From: an uncultured cyanobacterium
GTDB lineage: Bacteria > Cyanobacteriota > Cyanobacteriia > Cyanobacteriales > Nostocaceae
Assembly: GCA_963706595.1 (NCBI GenBank)
Contig: OY970166.1
Location: 5,440,001 to 5,504,000, forward strand
Direction of reading: 5' to 3'
Length of the DNA: 64,000 bases
Part shown: positions 1-9,529 of the stretch, piece by piece
Position numbering within the stretch: the first letter of the stretch is position 1
How the letters are laid out: the number at the start of each line of letters is the position of its first letter
Notes under the pieces: generated by a model
The model's input: the letters and a program-made list of their open reading frames with translations, nothing else
What the model was told of the DNA's origin: nothing
Databases searched by the model: none
Program-made: the position numbers and the translations under genes

Positions 1-174
1 CGTCCTTTAGTATCTATTGATTACAAAGATGATCCTCGTTCTTCGATTATTGATGCTCTCTCCACAATGGTGGTGAATGAAACTCAAGTCAAAATCCTGG
101 CTTGGTATGACAACGAATGGGGTTACGCCAACCGCATGGTTGAACTCGCTCGTAAGGTTGCATTGAGTCATTAG
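1..174 (+). CDS. gap: ArsJ-associated glyceraldehyde-3-phosphate dehydrogenase, 3' end (runs off window)
   Basis: Frame 1 translates to RPLVSIDY...[20 protein letters not shown]..., the GAPDH C-terminal signature; directly upstream of arsJ. Confidence 0.9.
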   Translation, partial: RPLVSIDYKDDPRSSIIDALSTMVVNETQVKILAWYDNEWGYANRMVELARKVALSH

Positions 175-275
175 TCATTGGTCATTAGTCATTGGTCATT
201 AGTCATTAGGAAGTTACCGTCTTCTCTCCCCTGCCTCTTCCTCCCTACTCCCCACTCCCCACTCCCCACTCCCCA
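167..275. repeat. STRR heptamer arrays (GTCATTR x6; CTCCCCA x4-5)
   Basis: Visible tandem 7-mers typical of heterocystous cyanobacteria. Confidence 0.9.
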
Positions 276-282
276 ATTTTTC

Positions 283-1542
283 ATGACTTCTACAGCTTCT
301 CGCGCTAATCTCAAGAATTATACTCTTGTTACCCTTGCCTATTGGGGTTTTACTATTACTGATGGTGCTTTGCGAATGCTGGTACTGCTGTATTTTAACA
401 GTATTGGCTACACACCATTACAAATCGCTTCTTTATTTCTGTTCTATGAAATATTTGGCGTTGTTACTAACTTTTTAGGCGGTTGGATTGGTTCTCAATT
501 CGGATTAAAAGTAACTCTTTACGCTGGTATTGGTTTACAGGTTTTCTCAATGGTGATGCTGTCATGGCTAAATCCAGATTGGTCTGAGTGGATAGCTGTG
601 GGTTATGTAATGGTGGCTCAGGCGTTTTCTGGGGTTGCTAAAGACTTAACCAAAATGAGTTCTAAAAGTGCCATTCGCTTGGTTGTTCCCCAAGAAGCTC
701 AGTCATCTTTGTTTAAATGGGTAGCAGTGTTAACGGGTTCTAAAAATGCCCTCAAAGGTGTTGGCTTCTTTGTTGGTAGTGTTCTCTTAACTTCCGTTGG
801 TTTTAAGAATGCTTTATTAATTATGGCCGGGGGATTGTTTTTGATTTTGTTCACTGGGTTAATGTTGCCTAAAGGGATGGGCAAAATCAAGACAAAAGTC
901 AAATTTAGCCAACTCTTTTCTAAGAGTAAAGAAATTAATATTCTCTCGGCGGCGCGATTTTTTCTCTTTGGTTCACGGGATGTTTGGTTTGTGGTGGGTT
1001 TGCCGGTTTTCTTGCGGGGAACTTTAGGCTGGTCATTTTATCAAGTCGGTGGATTTTTGGCTTGTTGGGTAATTGGCTATGGTGTTATTCAGTTTATAGC
1101 GCCCATGCTCATCCAGCGCTTTGGTTCTGGTCAGCCACCTGGGTCAAAAACTATCCAGTTTTGGACATTTACCCTGACTGCTGTTCCTGGGGCGATCGCC
1201 TTAGCTCTACAATTAGGTGTACCCGGTAATATTGCAATTATTGGCGGACTGCTAGTATTTGGTGTAGTCTTTGCCTTCAATTCCGCCGTGCATTCCTACC
1301 TAGTCTTAGCCTTCACCGATGACGATAAAGTAGCGCTGAACGTTGGCTTCTACTACATGGCTAACTCCGGTGGTCGATTAGCCGGGACAGTCTTATCAGG
1401 ATTAGTCTTTCAATATTTCAACTTCGTGGGTTGTTTGTGGACATCCATGTTCTTAGTCTTAGCAGCCGCATTAGTTACTATTAAACTACCAGATCCCAAA
1501 CCAGCCAAAGCAATTGCTTGGAAAGCCGAAGGTGGAGAATAG
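283..1542 (+). CDS. arsJ: Organoarsenical efflux MFS transporter ArsJ
   Basis: YWGFTITDGALRMLVLL, KDLTKMSSKSAI and GFYYMANSGGRL motifs; follows gap. ATG at 283 chosen because the ORF-track extension is STRR sequence. Confidence 0.9.
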   Translation: MTSTASRANLKNYTLVTLAYWGFTITDGALRMLVLLYFNSIGYTPLQIASLFLFYEIFGVVTNFLGGWIGSQFGLKVTLYAGIGLQVFSMVMLSWLNPDWSEWIAVGYVMVAQAFSGVAKDLTKMSSKSAIRLVVPQEAQSSLFKWVAVLTGSKNALKGVGFFVGSVLLTSVGFKNALLIMAGGLFLILFTGLMLPKGMGKIKTKVKFSQLFSKSKEINILSAARFFLFGSRDVWFVVGLPVFLRGTLGWSFYQVGGFLACWVIGYGVIQFIAPMLIQRFGSGQPPGSKTIQFWTFTLTAVPGAIALALQLGVPGNIAIIGGLLVFGVVFAFNSAVHSYLVLAFTDDDKVALNVGFYYMANSGGRLAGTVLSGLVFQYFNFVGCLWTSMFLVLAAALVTIKLPDPKPAKAIAWKAEGGE

Positions 1543-1703
1543 CAGAATAGGGATTAAGAAAAAAATGCCAGTCCTCGACGCTAAAATAATAAACACTCTC
1601 CTCTTCCTCTTCCCCTCTGCGACTCTGCGCCTCTGCGTGCAATAAATCTTCATTCAGCAACACCCCCATATCCCCCAATCCCTGCAAAGAGCAATTTAGA
1701 TAA

Positions 1704-2852
1704 ATGACTCCAAATCAACACAATAATCAAGCCCCAGTACAAGCCGGGAGTAATCTCAGTTTTTTTGAGAAATACCTCACCGTTTGGGTGTTCTTGTGCA
1801 TCTTGGCAGGAATTGCACTTGGAAGATTATTTCCTGGGGTGGCGGTGGCGCTGGATGCAATGAGTATTTATCAAGTATCAATTCCCATTGCAATATGTCT
1901 GTTTTTCATGATGTACCCGATCATGGTAAAAATTGATTTTACCCAAGCGGTGAATGCTGTTCGCGCCCCCAAACCTGTAATTCTCACCTTGGTGGTTAAC
2001 TGGTTAATTAAACCATTCACAATGGTGGCATTTTCGCAGTTTTTCTTGGGTTGGTTATTTCGTCCATTCATTACAGGTACAGAATTAATTCGTGGGAACG
2101 AAGTAGATATAGCAAATTCCTACATTGCTGGGACAATTTTACTAGGAATTGCCCCTTGTACGGCAATGGTTTTGATGTGGGGATATCTTTCCTACGCTAA
2201 TCAGGGACATACTTTGGTGATGGTGGCAGTTAATTCTCTGCTGATGCTGTTTTTATATGCACCTTTGGGCAGATGGTTATTAGCAGCCAATGATTTAATA
2301 GTGCCTTGGCAAACCATAGTTTTATCGGTGCTAATTTATGTCGGTTTGCCTTTATTAGCGGGAATGTACAGCCGTTATTGGATTTTCAAACACAAAGGTA
2401 GAGAATGGTTTGAAAGGCGGTTTATCAAGTATCTCACTCCAGTTTCAATTACTGCTTTGCTGATTACTTTGGTGTTGTTATTTGCCTTTAAAGGTGAAGT
2501 TATTGTTAAGAATCCCTTACATATTTTATTAATTGCTGTCCCACTATTTATTCAAACTAATTTCATTTTTTTAATTAGTTATGTGGCAGCATTAAAGCTG
2601 AATATAGCTTATGAAGATGCCGCACCAGCAGCATTAATTGGAGCTAGTAATCACTTTGAGGTGGCGATTGCCACGGCTGTAATGTTATTTGGTTTAAATT
2701 CTGGTGCTGCACTTGCGACAGTGGTTGGAGTTTTAATCGAAGTTCCAGTCATGTTGATGTTGGTTGAAGTTTGTAAGCGCACGGCGGCTTGGTTTCCCAG
2801 GGAACCGCAAAAGGCTACATTACGAGATCCCCGTTGTATTAGTAGTTTGTAG
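1704..2852 (+). CDS. acr3: ACR3-family arsenite efflux transporter
   Basis: [29 protein letters not shown] and [10 protein letters not shown] motifs. Confidence 0.93.
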   Translation: MTPNQHNNQAPVQAGSNLSFFEKYLTVWVFLCILAGIALGRLFPGVAVALDAMSIYQVSIPIAICLFFMMYPIMVKIDFTQAVNAVRAPKPVILTLVVNWLIKPFTMVAFSQFFLGWLFRPFITGTELIRGNEVDIANSYIAGTILLGIAPCTAMVLMWGYLSYANQGHTLVMVAVNSLLMLFLYAPLGRWLLAANDLIVPWQTIVLSVLIYVGLPLLAGMYSRYWIFKHKGREWFERRFIKYLTPVSITALLITLVLLFAFKGEVIVKNPLHILLIAVPLFIQTNFIFLISYVAALKLNIAYEDAAPAALIGASNHFEVAIATAVMLFGLNSGAALATVVGVLIEVPVMLMLVEVCKRTAAWFPREPQKATLRDPRCISSL

Positions 2853-2860
2853 GCTTGTAA

Positions 2861-2942
2861 ATACAAGAACCCCACCCCCAACCCCCTCCCCGCAAGCGAG
2901 GAGGGGGCTATGATGTACTTCATTCAAGTGCATACCACTATA
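2861..2942. repeat. Partial copy of the TATAGC-ended dispersed repeat at 29266-29371
   Basis: About 80 bp near-identical to 29290-29371. Confidence 0.85.
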
Positions 2943-2970
2943 ATTTTAATCAGAAGTAATTACTATTTTC

Positions 2971-3660
2971 ATGACGAATTTTAATCATCCACCGAGAATA
3001 TTGTTTTTATATGGTTCTTTGCGAGAGCGTTCTTATAGTCGCTTGTTAGCAGAAGAAGCGGCGAAAATTATTACAGAGTTTGGTGCAGAAGTGAAGTTTT
3101 TTGATCCTCGTGAATTGCCGATTTATGGCACTGTACCGGATACTCATTCTAAAGTACAGGAATTACGAGAATTGAGTATGTGGTCTGAGGGTCAAGTCTG
3201 GTCTTCTCCTGAGATGCACGGCAATATTACTGGTATTATGAAGAATCAACTTGACTGGATTCCTCTGAGTTTAGGCGCAGTTAGACCAACTCAGGGAAGA
3301 ACATTAGCAATTATGCAAGTAAGCGGTGGTTCTCAGTCTTTTAATACTCTCAATACGCTGCGAATTTTGGGACGGTGGATGCGAATGTTTACAATTCCCA
3401 ATCAGTCTTCGGTGGCAAAAGCTTATCAAGAGTTTAACGAAGATGGTACGATGAAGGAATCTGCTTACCGCGATAGCTTTGCTCGCCGGAGGCATCGCGT
3501 GGTTGATGTGATGGAAGAACTCTATAAATTTACACTTCTATTGCGTGAGCAAGTTGATTATCTCACAGACCGTTATAGCGAACGCAAAGAAGCAGCCGCA
3601 CAAGCAACTATAAAAGTGGCAAATAGTGCGTTGGAAAATTTATCAACAACTATAAATTAA
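2971..3660 (+). CDS. arsH: Arsenical resistance flavoprotein ArsH (carries a 7-aa insertion)
   Basis: [30 protein letters not shown] and TIPNQSSV motifs. Confidence 0.93.
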   Translation: MTNFNHPPRILFLYGSLRERSYSRLLAEEAAKIITEFGAEVKFFDPRELPIYGTVPDTHSKVQELRELSMWSEGQVWSSPEMHGNITGIMKNQLDWIPLSLGAVRPTQGRTLAIMQVSGGSQSFNTLNTLRILGRWMRMFTIPNQSSVAKAYQEFNEDGTMKESAYRDSFARRRHRVVDVMEELYKFTLLLREQVDYLTDRYSERKEAAAQATIKVANSALENLSTTIN

Positions 3661-3726
3661 TCAAATGTTTCTAGGGGAATTCCATTTTCATCAAAATATT
3701 TGTGAGGATTGATTTTTACAAAACTT

Positions 3727-4431
3727 CTACAGTCGATTTTTGGTGGGGATGATAATCATTGAGAAATAGGGGACTTGATCGGGATCAACTTCATCTAGGG
3801 GTACAATTCTTTGTTGTGCCATTGTTGCCCGTTCAATATATAATGCCCGTGATGCCAAACCTAATTGATGTAAAACATCTCGCACTTTGGTAAAATGGCG
3901 ACCTAGTTTCATAATCGCCGCCGCATCGGTTGCTAGTAGGTGGGTGATTAATTCTTCTGCCGGCATGGGGGCTGGGAGAACGGTCATAATATCGTTGTAA
4001 TAAGTGAAGGGTACACCCAAGGCTACAGGACAAGCCATGAGTGAGGAAATTCCCGGCACAACTTCGGTTTCGTAGTATGCAGATAAACGGGTGAAAACAT
4101 ACATAAAAGAACCGTAAAAAAACGGATCACCCTCACACAACACTACTACATCTCTTCCTGCGGCTAGATGTTCGGCGATTGGTTCAACTTCTTTGTCATA
4201 AATTAAATTTGCCTTTTCTGGTTCTAAGGCGCGGGGGAGGTGAAATAATACCTCGATTTGATTGCCGGTGAGGTATGGGGAAACGATCGCTCGCGCTATA
4301 CTTTCTTTATCGACTGCTGACTGATAAGCTACCACAGGGGCGGCTTGTAATAGTCGCAAGGCTTTCAATGTCAATAGTTCGGGATCACCCGGACCGACAC
4401 CAATTCCGTAGAGACGGCCTTTGGTTTGCAT
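3727..4431 (-). CDS. cobI: Precorrin-2 C20-methyltransferase
   Basis: LYGIGVGPGDPELLTLKA and EGDPFFYGS motifs; cob context; ATG at 4431. Confidence 0.9.
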   Translation of the reverse strand: MQTKGRLYGIGVGPGDPELLTLKALRLLQAAPVVAYQSAVDKESIARAIVSPYLTGNQIEVLFHLPRALEPEKANLIYDKEVEPIAEHLAAGRDVVVLCEGDPFFYGSFMYVFTRLSAYYETEVVPGISSLMACPVALGVPFTYYNDIMTVLPAPMPAEELITHLLATDAAAIMKLGRHFTKVRDVLHQLGLASRALYIERATMAQQRIVPLDEVDPDQVPYFSMIIIPTKNRL

Positions 4432-4433
4432 AT

Positions 4434-5060
4434 TCACTCTTCCTCTTTTGCTAGGGCGTTAACGGCGGCGGCGGCGATCGCACTACCACCACGCCGACCA
4501 TGTAAAGTTAAAAATGGTACACCTTTGCTATTTGCGGCTAATGCTGCTTTGGACTCTTCCGCACCCACAAATCCCACGGGAAAACCTAAAATAATCGCTG
4601 GTTTTAGCACTCCTTCTTCCAGCATTTCTAACAGCCGAAATAGTGCTGTCGGTGCATTACCCACTGCTACCACTGCCCCTTCTAAGTGCAATCGCCACAA
4701 TTCCACCGCCGCAGCTGATCTCGTATTACCCAAACGTTTAGCCAGGGCTGGCACTTCTACGTCATAGAGGGTGCAAATAACTTGATTGTTTGCCGGGAGT
4801 CTCTTCCTGGTAATACCTTCGGCAACCATGCGGCAATCACACAAAATCGGCGCACCGGCTGCTAGTGCGGCGCGTCCAGTTTGTACTGCATTTGATGAAT
4901 ATCCCAAGTCGGTGACAATATCAGTCATTCCACAGGCATGAATCAGACGTACTGCGACTTTTGCTACATCGGGTGGCAGTATATCCAGATTGGCTTCGGA
5001 TCTGATAATTGCAAAGGATTTACTGTAAATTTCGTTAGCATCTCGGATGTAGTCAGACAT
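4434..5060 (-). CDS. cobH: Precorrin-8X methylmutase
   Basis: VRLIHACG, GNAPTAL, PVGFVGAEESK and GRRGGSAIAAAAVNA motifs. Confidence 0.93.
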   Translation of the reverse strand: MSDYIRDANEIYSKSFAIIRSEANLDILPPDVAKVAVRLIHACGMTDIVTDLGYSSNAVQTGRAALAAGAPILCDCRMVAEGITRKRLPANNQVICTLYDVEVPALAKRLGNTRSAAAVELWRLHLEGAVVAVGNAPTALFRLLEMLEEGVLKPAIILGFPVGFVGAEESKAALAANSKGVPFLTLHGRRGGSAIAAAAVNALAKEEE

Positions 5061-5120
5061 GGGAAAATAGTAAATGGTGATTGGTGAATGGTGACTGGGA
5101 ATTGGGGTTCAGAAATAACC

Positions 5121-6584
5121 CTAACTCACTGAGGAGAATAACGGTTGCAATTGGGCAATTTCATATCTATTAACAAATTCTCCAAAGGATTCATCAGGAT
5201 TTCGACGTTGGATTTGATAAACTTGTAACATCTGCCCTAACAATACAGGTAGTTCGGACACAGTGACATATTGATAGAGTTGACGACCAAATTTTTGGTT
5301 GCTTTCACCTTCTCCAAGATAAATGTGATAAGCTCCGAATGTGCCGTTTTCTGATTCTAGGCTGACACCGAGCAAGGTGATATCACTGTGACTATGCTGG
5401 GCGCAAGATTTTTCGCAGCCGCTAAAGTGAATATGCACTGGGTGATTTAAACTAACATGAGTTTCGAGGTACTTTGCTAATACTAAGGCATCACCTTTCG
5501 TATCTGTGGCGGAAGCTGCACAACCTTGATTACCAGAACAGGCAACTAATGCACTATTAATATTACTGGCTGATATATCTAATTTTAAAGCAGCGATGTG
5601 ATTTTTCACATCCCGAAGCGATCGCTCAGGAATATCAGTCAAAAGCAAATTTTGCCAAGGTGTTAGTCTGAGAGTCCCGTTACCAAATTTTTCGGCTAAA
5701 TCAGCTAAACCCCGGATTTGTTGAGTTTCTAGCCTACCTAACGGTAAAACTACGCCAATATAAAATAAGCCTGTCTGACGCTGGGAATGAATGCCGATAT
5801 GTGAATAGTTGGAGTTTAACCTTTTTTCGAGACTGGTTTTTTCAAGCTGTGGCTGGGGGGTGAGGTTAAAATCTAGATGTTGTTCCACTTCTTGAAGATA
5901 ATTTTCACAACCCAATTGATTTAACAACTCTCGCAAACGCAGCTTGCGCCGACTGTTAGGGTCAGTATGATGGAGATAAACATCAGCCAAGGCTACTAAA
6001 ACTGGTAAACATGATTCTGGTAATAAGACAATTCCCATATCAACGGGTGGTTTTCCTTTGACACCGACGCTGAGATATAGCCGAAAGTAAACTTTACCGT
6101 CTATTAAAACAGCAGCAAACATGATATCGTTGAGGCGATCGCACACCGAAACTTTACCACCACCGTCAAAGCAAACACTAAATTTTGCTGATAATCCTGA
6201 TAGCTGAGGATGTGCCGCGATATAATTTTCCCAGTCTTGCACAAAAGGACGAGTATCAATTAATTCTTGGGGATCAATACCAGCAGTGGGGCTGGTCATA
6301 ATATTGCGAATGTGGTCAACTGCAAAATTGCGAGAACCGATGCCAATATTTTGTAAATGCTGGAGAACTGCGCTACTGATTCCCGAACGCAGTTCGCGGA
6401 CTTGGAGGTTGGCGCGGTTGGTGATATCGACATAACCACCCCCATAATTCTCTGCTATATCTGCGATCGCACGATACTGTTTACTATCCAGAATTCCACC
6501 TGGTATTCTGATCCGAGATAATATCCCATCTTGGGCGGGTGTATCATAAAATAATCCAGGACATAAGGCAAAACCGGACAGCAA
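5121..6584 (-). CDS. cobG: Precorrin-3B synthase (nitrite/sulfite reductase-like fold)
   Basis: CPGLF...DGILSRIRIPGG, ACSGNQGC and HFSGCEKSC motifs; first gene of cobG-H-I. Confidence 0.88.
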   Translation of the reverse strand: MLSGFALCPGLFYDTPAQDGILSRIRIPGGILDSKQYRAIADIAENYGGGYVDITNRANLQVRELRSGISSAVLQHLQNIGIGSRNFAVDHIRNIMTSPTAGIDPQELIDTRPFVQDWENYIAAHPQLSGLSAKFSVCFDGGGKVSVCDRLNDIMFAAVLIDGKVYFRLYLSVGVKGKPPVDMGIVLLPESCLPVLVALADVYLHHTDPNSRRKLRLRELLNQLGCENYLQEVEQHLDFNLTPQPQLEKTSLEKRLNSNYSHIGIHSQRQTGLFYIGVVLPLGRLETQQIRGLADLAEKFGNGTLRLTPWQNLLLTDIPERSLRDVKNHIAALKLDISASNINSALVACSGNQGCAASATDTKGDALVLAKYLETHVSLNHPVHIHFSGCEKSCAQHSHSDITLLGVSLESENGTFGAYHIYLGEGESNQKFGRQLYQYVTVSELPVLLGQMLQVYQIQRRNPDESFGEFVNRYEIAQLQPLFSSVS

Positions 6585-6644
6585 AACGTTAACTCCTTCC
6601 CTGTGCGACGCAGGTAGTAGATAGTAAGTGTGTCTTTAAGACAC

Positions 6645-6835
6645 TGCTATGGTTGGCGTTCTGACTTGGCAAGTGAAAAAGTCAATTGTTCTGCTTTCGC
6701 TTTACCATTACAGTCTGCGGCACAGTCCCGGAATTTCACCGGAGTTTCCCAACTCTTAGCTCTATTAATTTAACATGAGCAGGTGTTAATCTCGCTGAAT
6801 GCTGCCTATGTTTAATAGTAAAAACTCACAAACTA
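6645..6835 (-). ncRNA. Cobalamin (B12) riboswitch
   Basis: Minus strand reads GGGAAACTCCGGTGAAATTCCGGGACTGTGCCGCAGACTGT...AAGTCAGAACGCC in the cobG leader; boundaries approximate. Confidence 0.85.
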
Positions 6836-6933
6836 AGGACTGCGGTACTAGAGTCCTCTACTCTACTGGGGGAAACTCTGGTAGCGCAAGTCGCTATAGT
6901 GGAAGTACAATCGCCTGTCTAAACACGGGAGTG

Positions 6934-7143
6934 TCAATTTACTAAATCAACTAAGGTGTCAGGACTGAATCGGACTACAGATGAAACTAAGCATCCACGA
7001 TAATGCTCAGATGTGAATACCGATAACGTGATATTAGTCGTACCTGGTTCTAAGATGCGTTTCACCTTGCAAACTTGCATCTTATTCTTGCAATAGGCAA
7101 TAATGCGATCGCCTGCTTTGACATCCAACGCTTTAATTTTCAA
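6934..7143 (-). CDS. Small hypothetical protein (69 aa)
   Basis: Clean non-overlapping ORF (TTG start) with a beta-rich pattern (ALDVKAGDRI); no function recognised. Confidence 0.55.
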   Translation of the reverse strand: MKIKALDVKAGDRIIAYCKNKMQVCKVKRILEPGTTNITLSVFTSEHYRGCLVSSVVRFSPDTLVDLVN

Positions 7144-7269
7144 TTAATACTCAACCTAATTATGAATTTTAATTAACTCAAGTAAATATATATTGCTATA
7201 TTTTACCTGTTCAACAGTTGTAATGCCTGTTCATTATAACACACGAGTAAAAGTTATAAAAATCAAATT

Positions 7270-7437
7270 TGGGAGTGGGGAGAAGAGGAACGGGTGCAGG
7301 GGGCAGGGGGCAGGGGGCAGGGGAGAAAAAGAATGGTTGTTAAGTAACCGGAAGTTTAAAATAATTTCTTACTCCCCCTTGCTCCCTGCTCCGGTGCGCC
7401 CCTGCTTCTTCTGGGGAGTGGGGAGTGGGGGTGCAGG
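7270..7437. repeat. STRR-type G-rich/C-rich heptamer repeats forming an inverted pair
   Basis: GGGGCAG runs, GGGGAGT runs and complementary CCCCTGC runs. Confidence 0.8.
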
Positions 7438-7488
7438 CTATGTCAACAGAAATCAAATGGGTTCTATTGTTAAATTATTACAGATGCT

Positions 7489-8700
7489 ATGACACGGAAA
7501 TGGCTATCGATTGTGGGGATTGGTGAAGATGGGTTACAAGGTTTAGGTGCGATCGCGCGTTCTCTGATAGACCAAGCTGAAGTGATTTTCGGAGGCGATC
7601 GCCATTTAGCCATGTTACCACCAGATGACCCACGTCAGAAAATAGCCTGGACATCACCCATTAGCACCTCCATAGCCGACATTATCCGTCGTCGGGGTCA
7701 ATCAGTATGTGTCTTAGCCAGTGGCGACCCTTTTTGTTACGGTATCGGTGTCACCCTGACGCGACAAATTCCCCTAGAGGAAATGACGATTATTCCTGCG
7801 CCTTCCACCTTCAGCCTCGCCTGTGCCAAATTGGGATGGTCTTTGACGGAAACAGAAACTTTGAGTTTGTGCGGTCGTCCAGCCTCTTTACTCCAAAGTT
7901 ACATCTATCCCAATGCTAAACTGTTGATTTTGAGTGAAGGCAAAGACACACCTGCAATTGTTGCCGAAATCTTGACAAATCGCGGTTATAGTGCTAGCAA
8001 AATTACCGTTTTAGAACATCTGGGCGGTATTCAGGAGAGAATTGTCGAAGGTACAGCCGCAGATTGGGATAAAAGAGAAATTGCACCGTTGAATGCGATC
8101 GCAGTTGAATGTATTGCTGATGCTGGGGTGATACCTTTACCCAGATTACCAGGATTGCCAGATCATGCTTATCACCATGATGGACAATTAACCAAAAGTG
8201 AAGTCAGGGCGGTGACTTTAGCTAAATTATCTCCTACTCCTGGAGAACTACTGTGGGATGTGGGCGCGGGTTGTGGTTCAATTTCTATCGAATGGATGCG
8301 GACACATTCTCGATGTCAGGCGATCGCTATTGAACAGAATCCAGCTAGACTGGGTTACATAGCCGACAACGCCGCAGCTTTAGGAACTCCACACCTGAAA
8401 ATTATTAGCGGTAAAGCACCATTAATTCTCCAAGATTTACCCACACCTGATGCGATATTTATCGGCGGTGGAGTCACAGCACCAGGGCTTTTTGATATCT
8501 GTTGGAATGCACTGCGTCCGGGTGGGCGGTTAGTAGCTAATGTTGTGACTGTAGAAGGTGAGCAAATTTTATTTAAATGGTATGAGCAGGTTGGTGGTAG
8601 TTTAACTCGGATTGCTATTCAAAGGGCGGAACCTATTGGTAAGTTTTTAGGTTGGCGGGCTATGTCGCCTGTTACTCAATGGAGAGGGATTAAGGATTGA
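7489..8700 (+). CDS. cobL: Precorrin-6Y C5,15-methyltransferase (CbiE-CbiT fusion)
   Basis: IVGIGEDG, LASGDPF, GQLTKSEVR, LWDVGAGCGSISIEW and DAIFIGGG motifs. Confidence 0.92.
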   Translation: MTRKWLSIVGIGEDGLQGLGAIARSLIDQAEVIFGGDRHLAMLPPDDPRQKIAWTSPISTSIADIIRRRGQSVCVLASGDPFCYGIGVTLTRQIPLEEMTIIPAPSTFSLACAKLGWSLTETETLSLCGRPASLLQSYIYPNAKLLILSEGKDTPAIVAEILTNRGYSASKITVLEHLGGIQERIVEGTAADWDKREIAPLNAIAVECIADAGVIPLPRLPGLPDHAYHHDGQLTKSEVRAVTLAKLSPTPGELLWDVGAGCGSISIEWMRTHSRCQAIAIEQNPARLGYIADNAAALGTPHLKIISGKAPLILQDLPTPDAIFIGGGVTAPGLFDICWNALRPGGRLVANVVTVEGEQILFKWYEQVGGSLTRIAIQRAEPIGKFLGWRAMSPVTQWRGIKD

Positions 8701-8771
8701 AACGCAAAGGGGCGCGGAGGTAAGCGCAAAGGTACGCGGAGGGTTCTTTCTACCTTTGCGCCTTTGCGTGA
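8701..8771. repeat. Dispersed short repeat (CGCAAAGG/CGCGGAGG family); related copies at 15179-15223 and 41164-41195
   Basis: Shared units such as CCTTTGCG/CCTCTGCG/CCTTAGCG between convergent genes. Confidence 0.7.
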
Positions 8772-8790
8772 AAAAAATTCATATTTAAAA

Positions 8791-9363
8791 TCAGCAATGC
8801 TCAAAAACTACATCTTCGTAAAGTTCTGCCATTGTCGCCTCAAAGTTGATGCTATTTAATAGAAATGACTTTTCTTCTGCTGTGTAAGATTGCAAAACCC
8901 ACAGCCCTTGATCATTGCGGCGAAAACATTCAACGCGCTGACGTTTCGTATTAATTAAAACGTACTCTTGTAGAGTTTCTAGTAGTTGATAGTCAGCGAA
9001 TTTGTCTCCCCGGTCAAAGGCTTCGGTGGAGTCAGATAAAACTTCCACAATTAAAGTAGGAAATCTTTTATAAGCTGGTGTTTCTTGGTCTCTTTGGTCG
9101 CAAGTTACCATCACGTCGGGATAGTAGAAGCGATTTAGTGATTCAATTCTGGCTTTCATATCGGCGATGTAAACGCGACAACCTGAACCACGTACATGAT
9201 TACGAAGGAGCGCAAACAGGTTTCCCGCAATAGTAACATGGGAATCTAGCGCCCCCGCCATTGCGTAGATATAACCATCAATATACTCATGTTTGATGTC
9301 ACTCTCCTCTTCCATCTGTAAGTATTCTTCGGGGGTGACGTAGATTTCCGGGTTAGCAACCAT
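8791..9363 (-). CDS. Uma2-family (PD-(D/E)XK) endonuclease-like protein
   Basis: HEYIDG, YYPDVMVTC and IVEVLSDST...DRGDKF motifs. Confidence 0.9.
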   Translation of the reverse strand: MVANPEIYVTPEEYLQMEEESDIKHEYIDGYIYAMAGALDSHVTIAGNLFALLRNHVRGSGCRVYIADMKARIESLNRFYYPDVMVTCDQRDQETPAYKRFPTLIVEVLSDSTEAFDRGDKFADYQLLETLQEYVLINTKRQRVECFRRNDQGLWVLQSYTAEEKSFLLNSINFEATMAELYEDVVFEHC

Positions 9364-9529
9364 ATTTCAAACCTCAAGGTATAGACTTTATTGCTGGGGT
9401 TTCATCCCCAAGCCAGAAGTAAAAAGTTTTCCTACTATCTAGCATATATAGCAACTGCCAAGGAGGTAGGGAAAATCCTGAATCCTTCCCCCTTGCCCCC
9501 TGCACCCTGCTCCCCTGCCTCTTTTGGTC

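Noticed and set aside
178..282. N-terminal extension of arsJ in the ORF track (MVISHWSLV...[10 protein letters not shown])
   Set aside because: It is translated STRR repeat; the ATG at 283 matches the family start
7193..7492. 99-aa ORF upstream of cobL
   Set aside because: Mostly heptamer repeats in a promoter region; no protein signature
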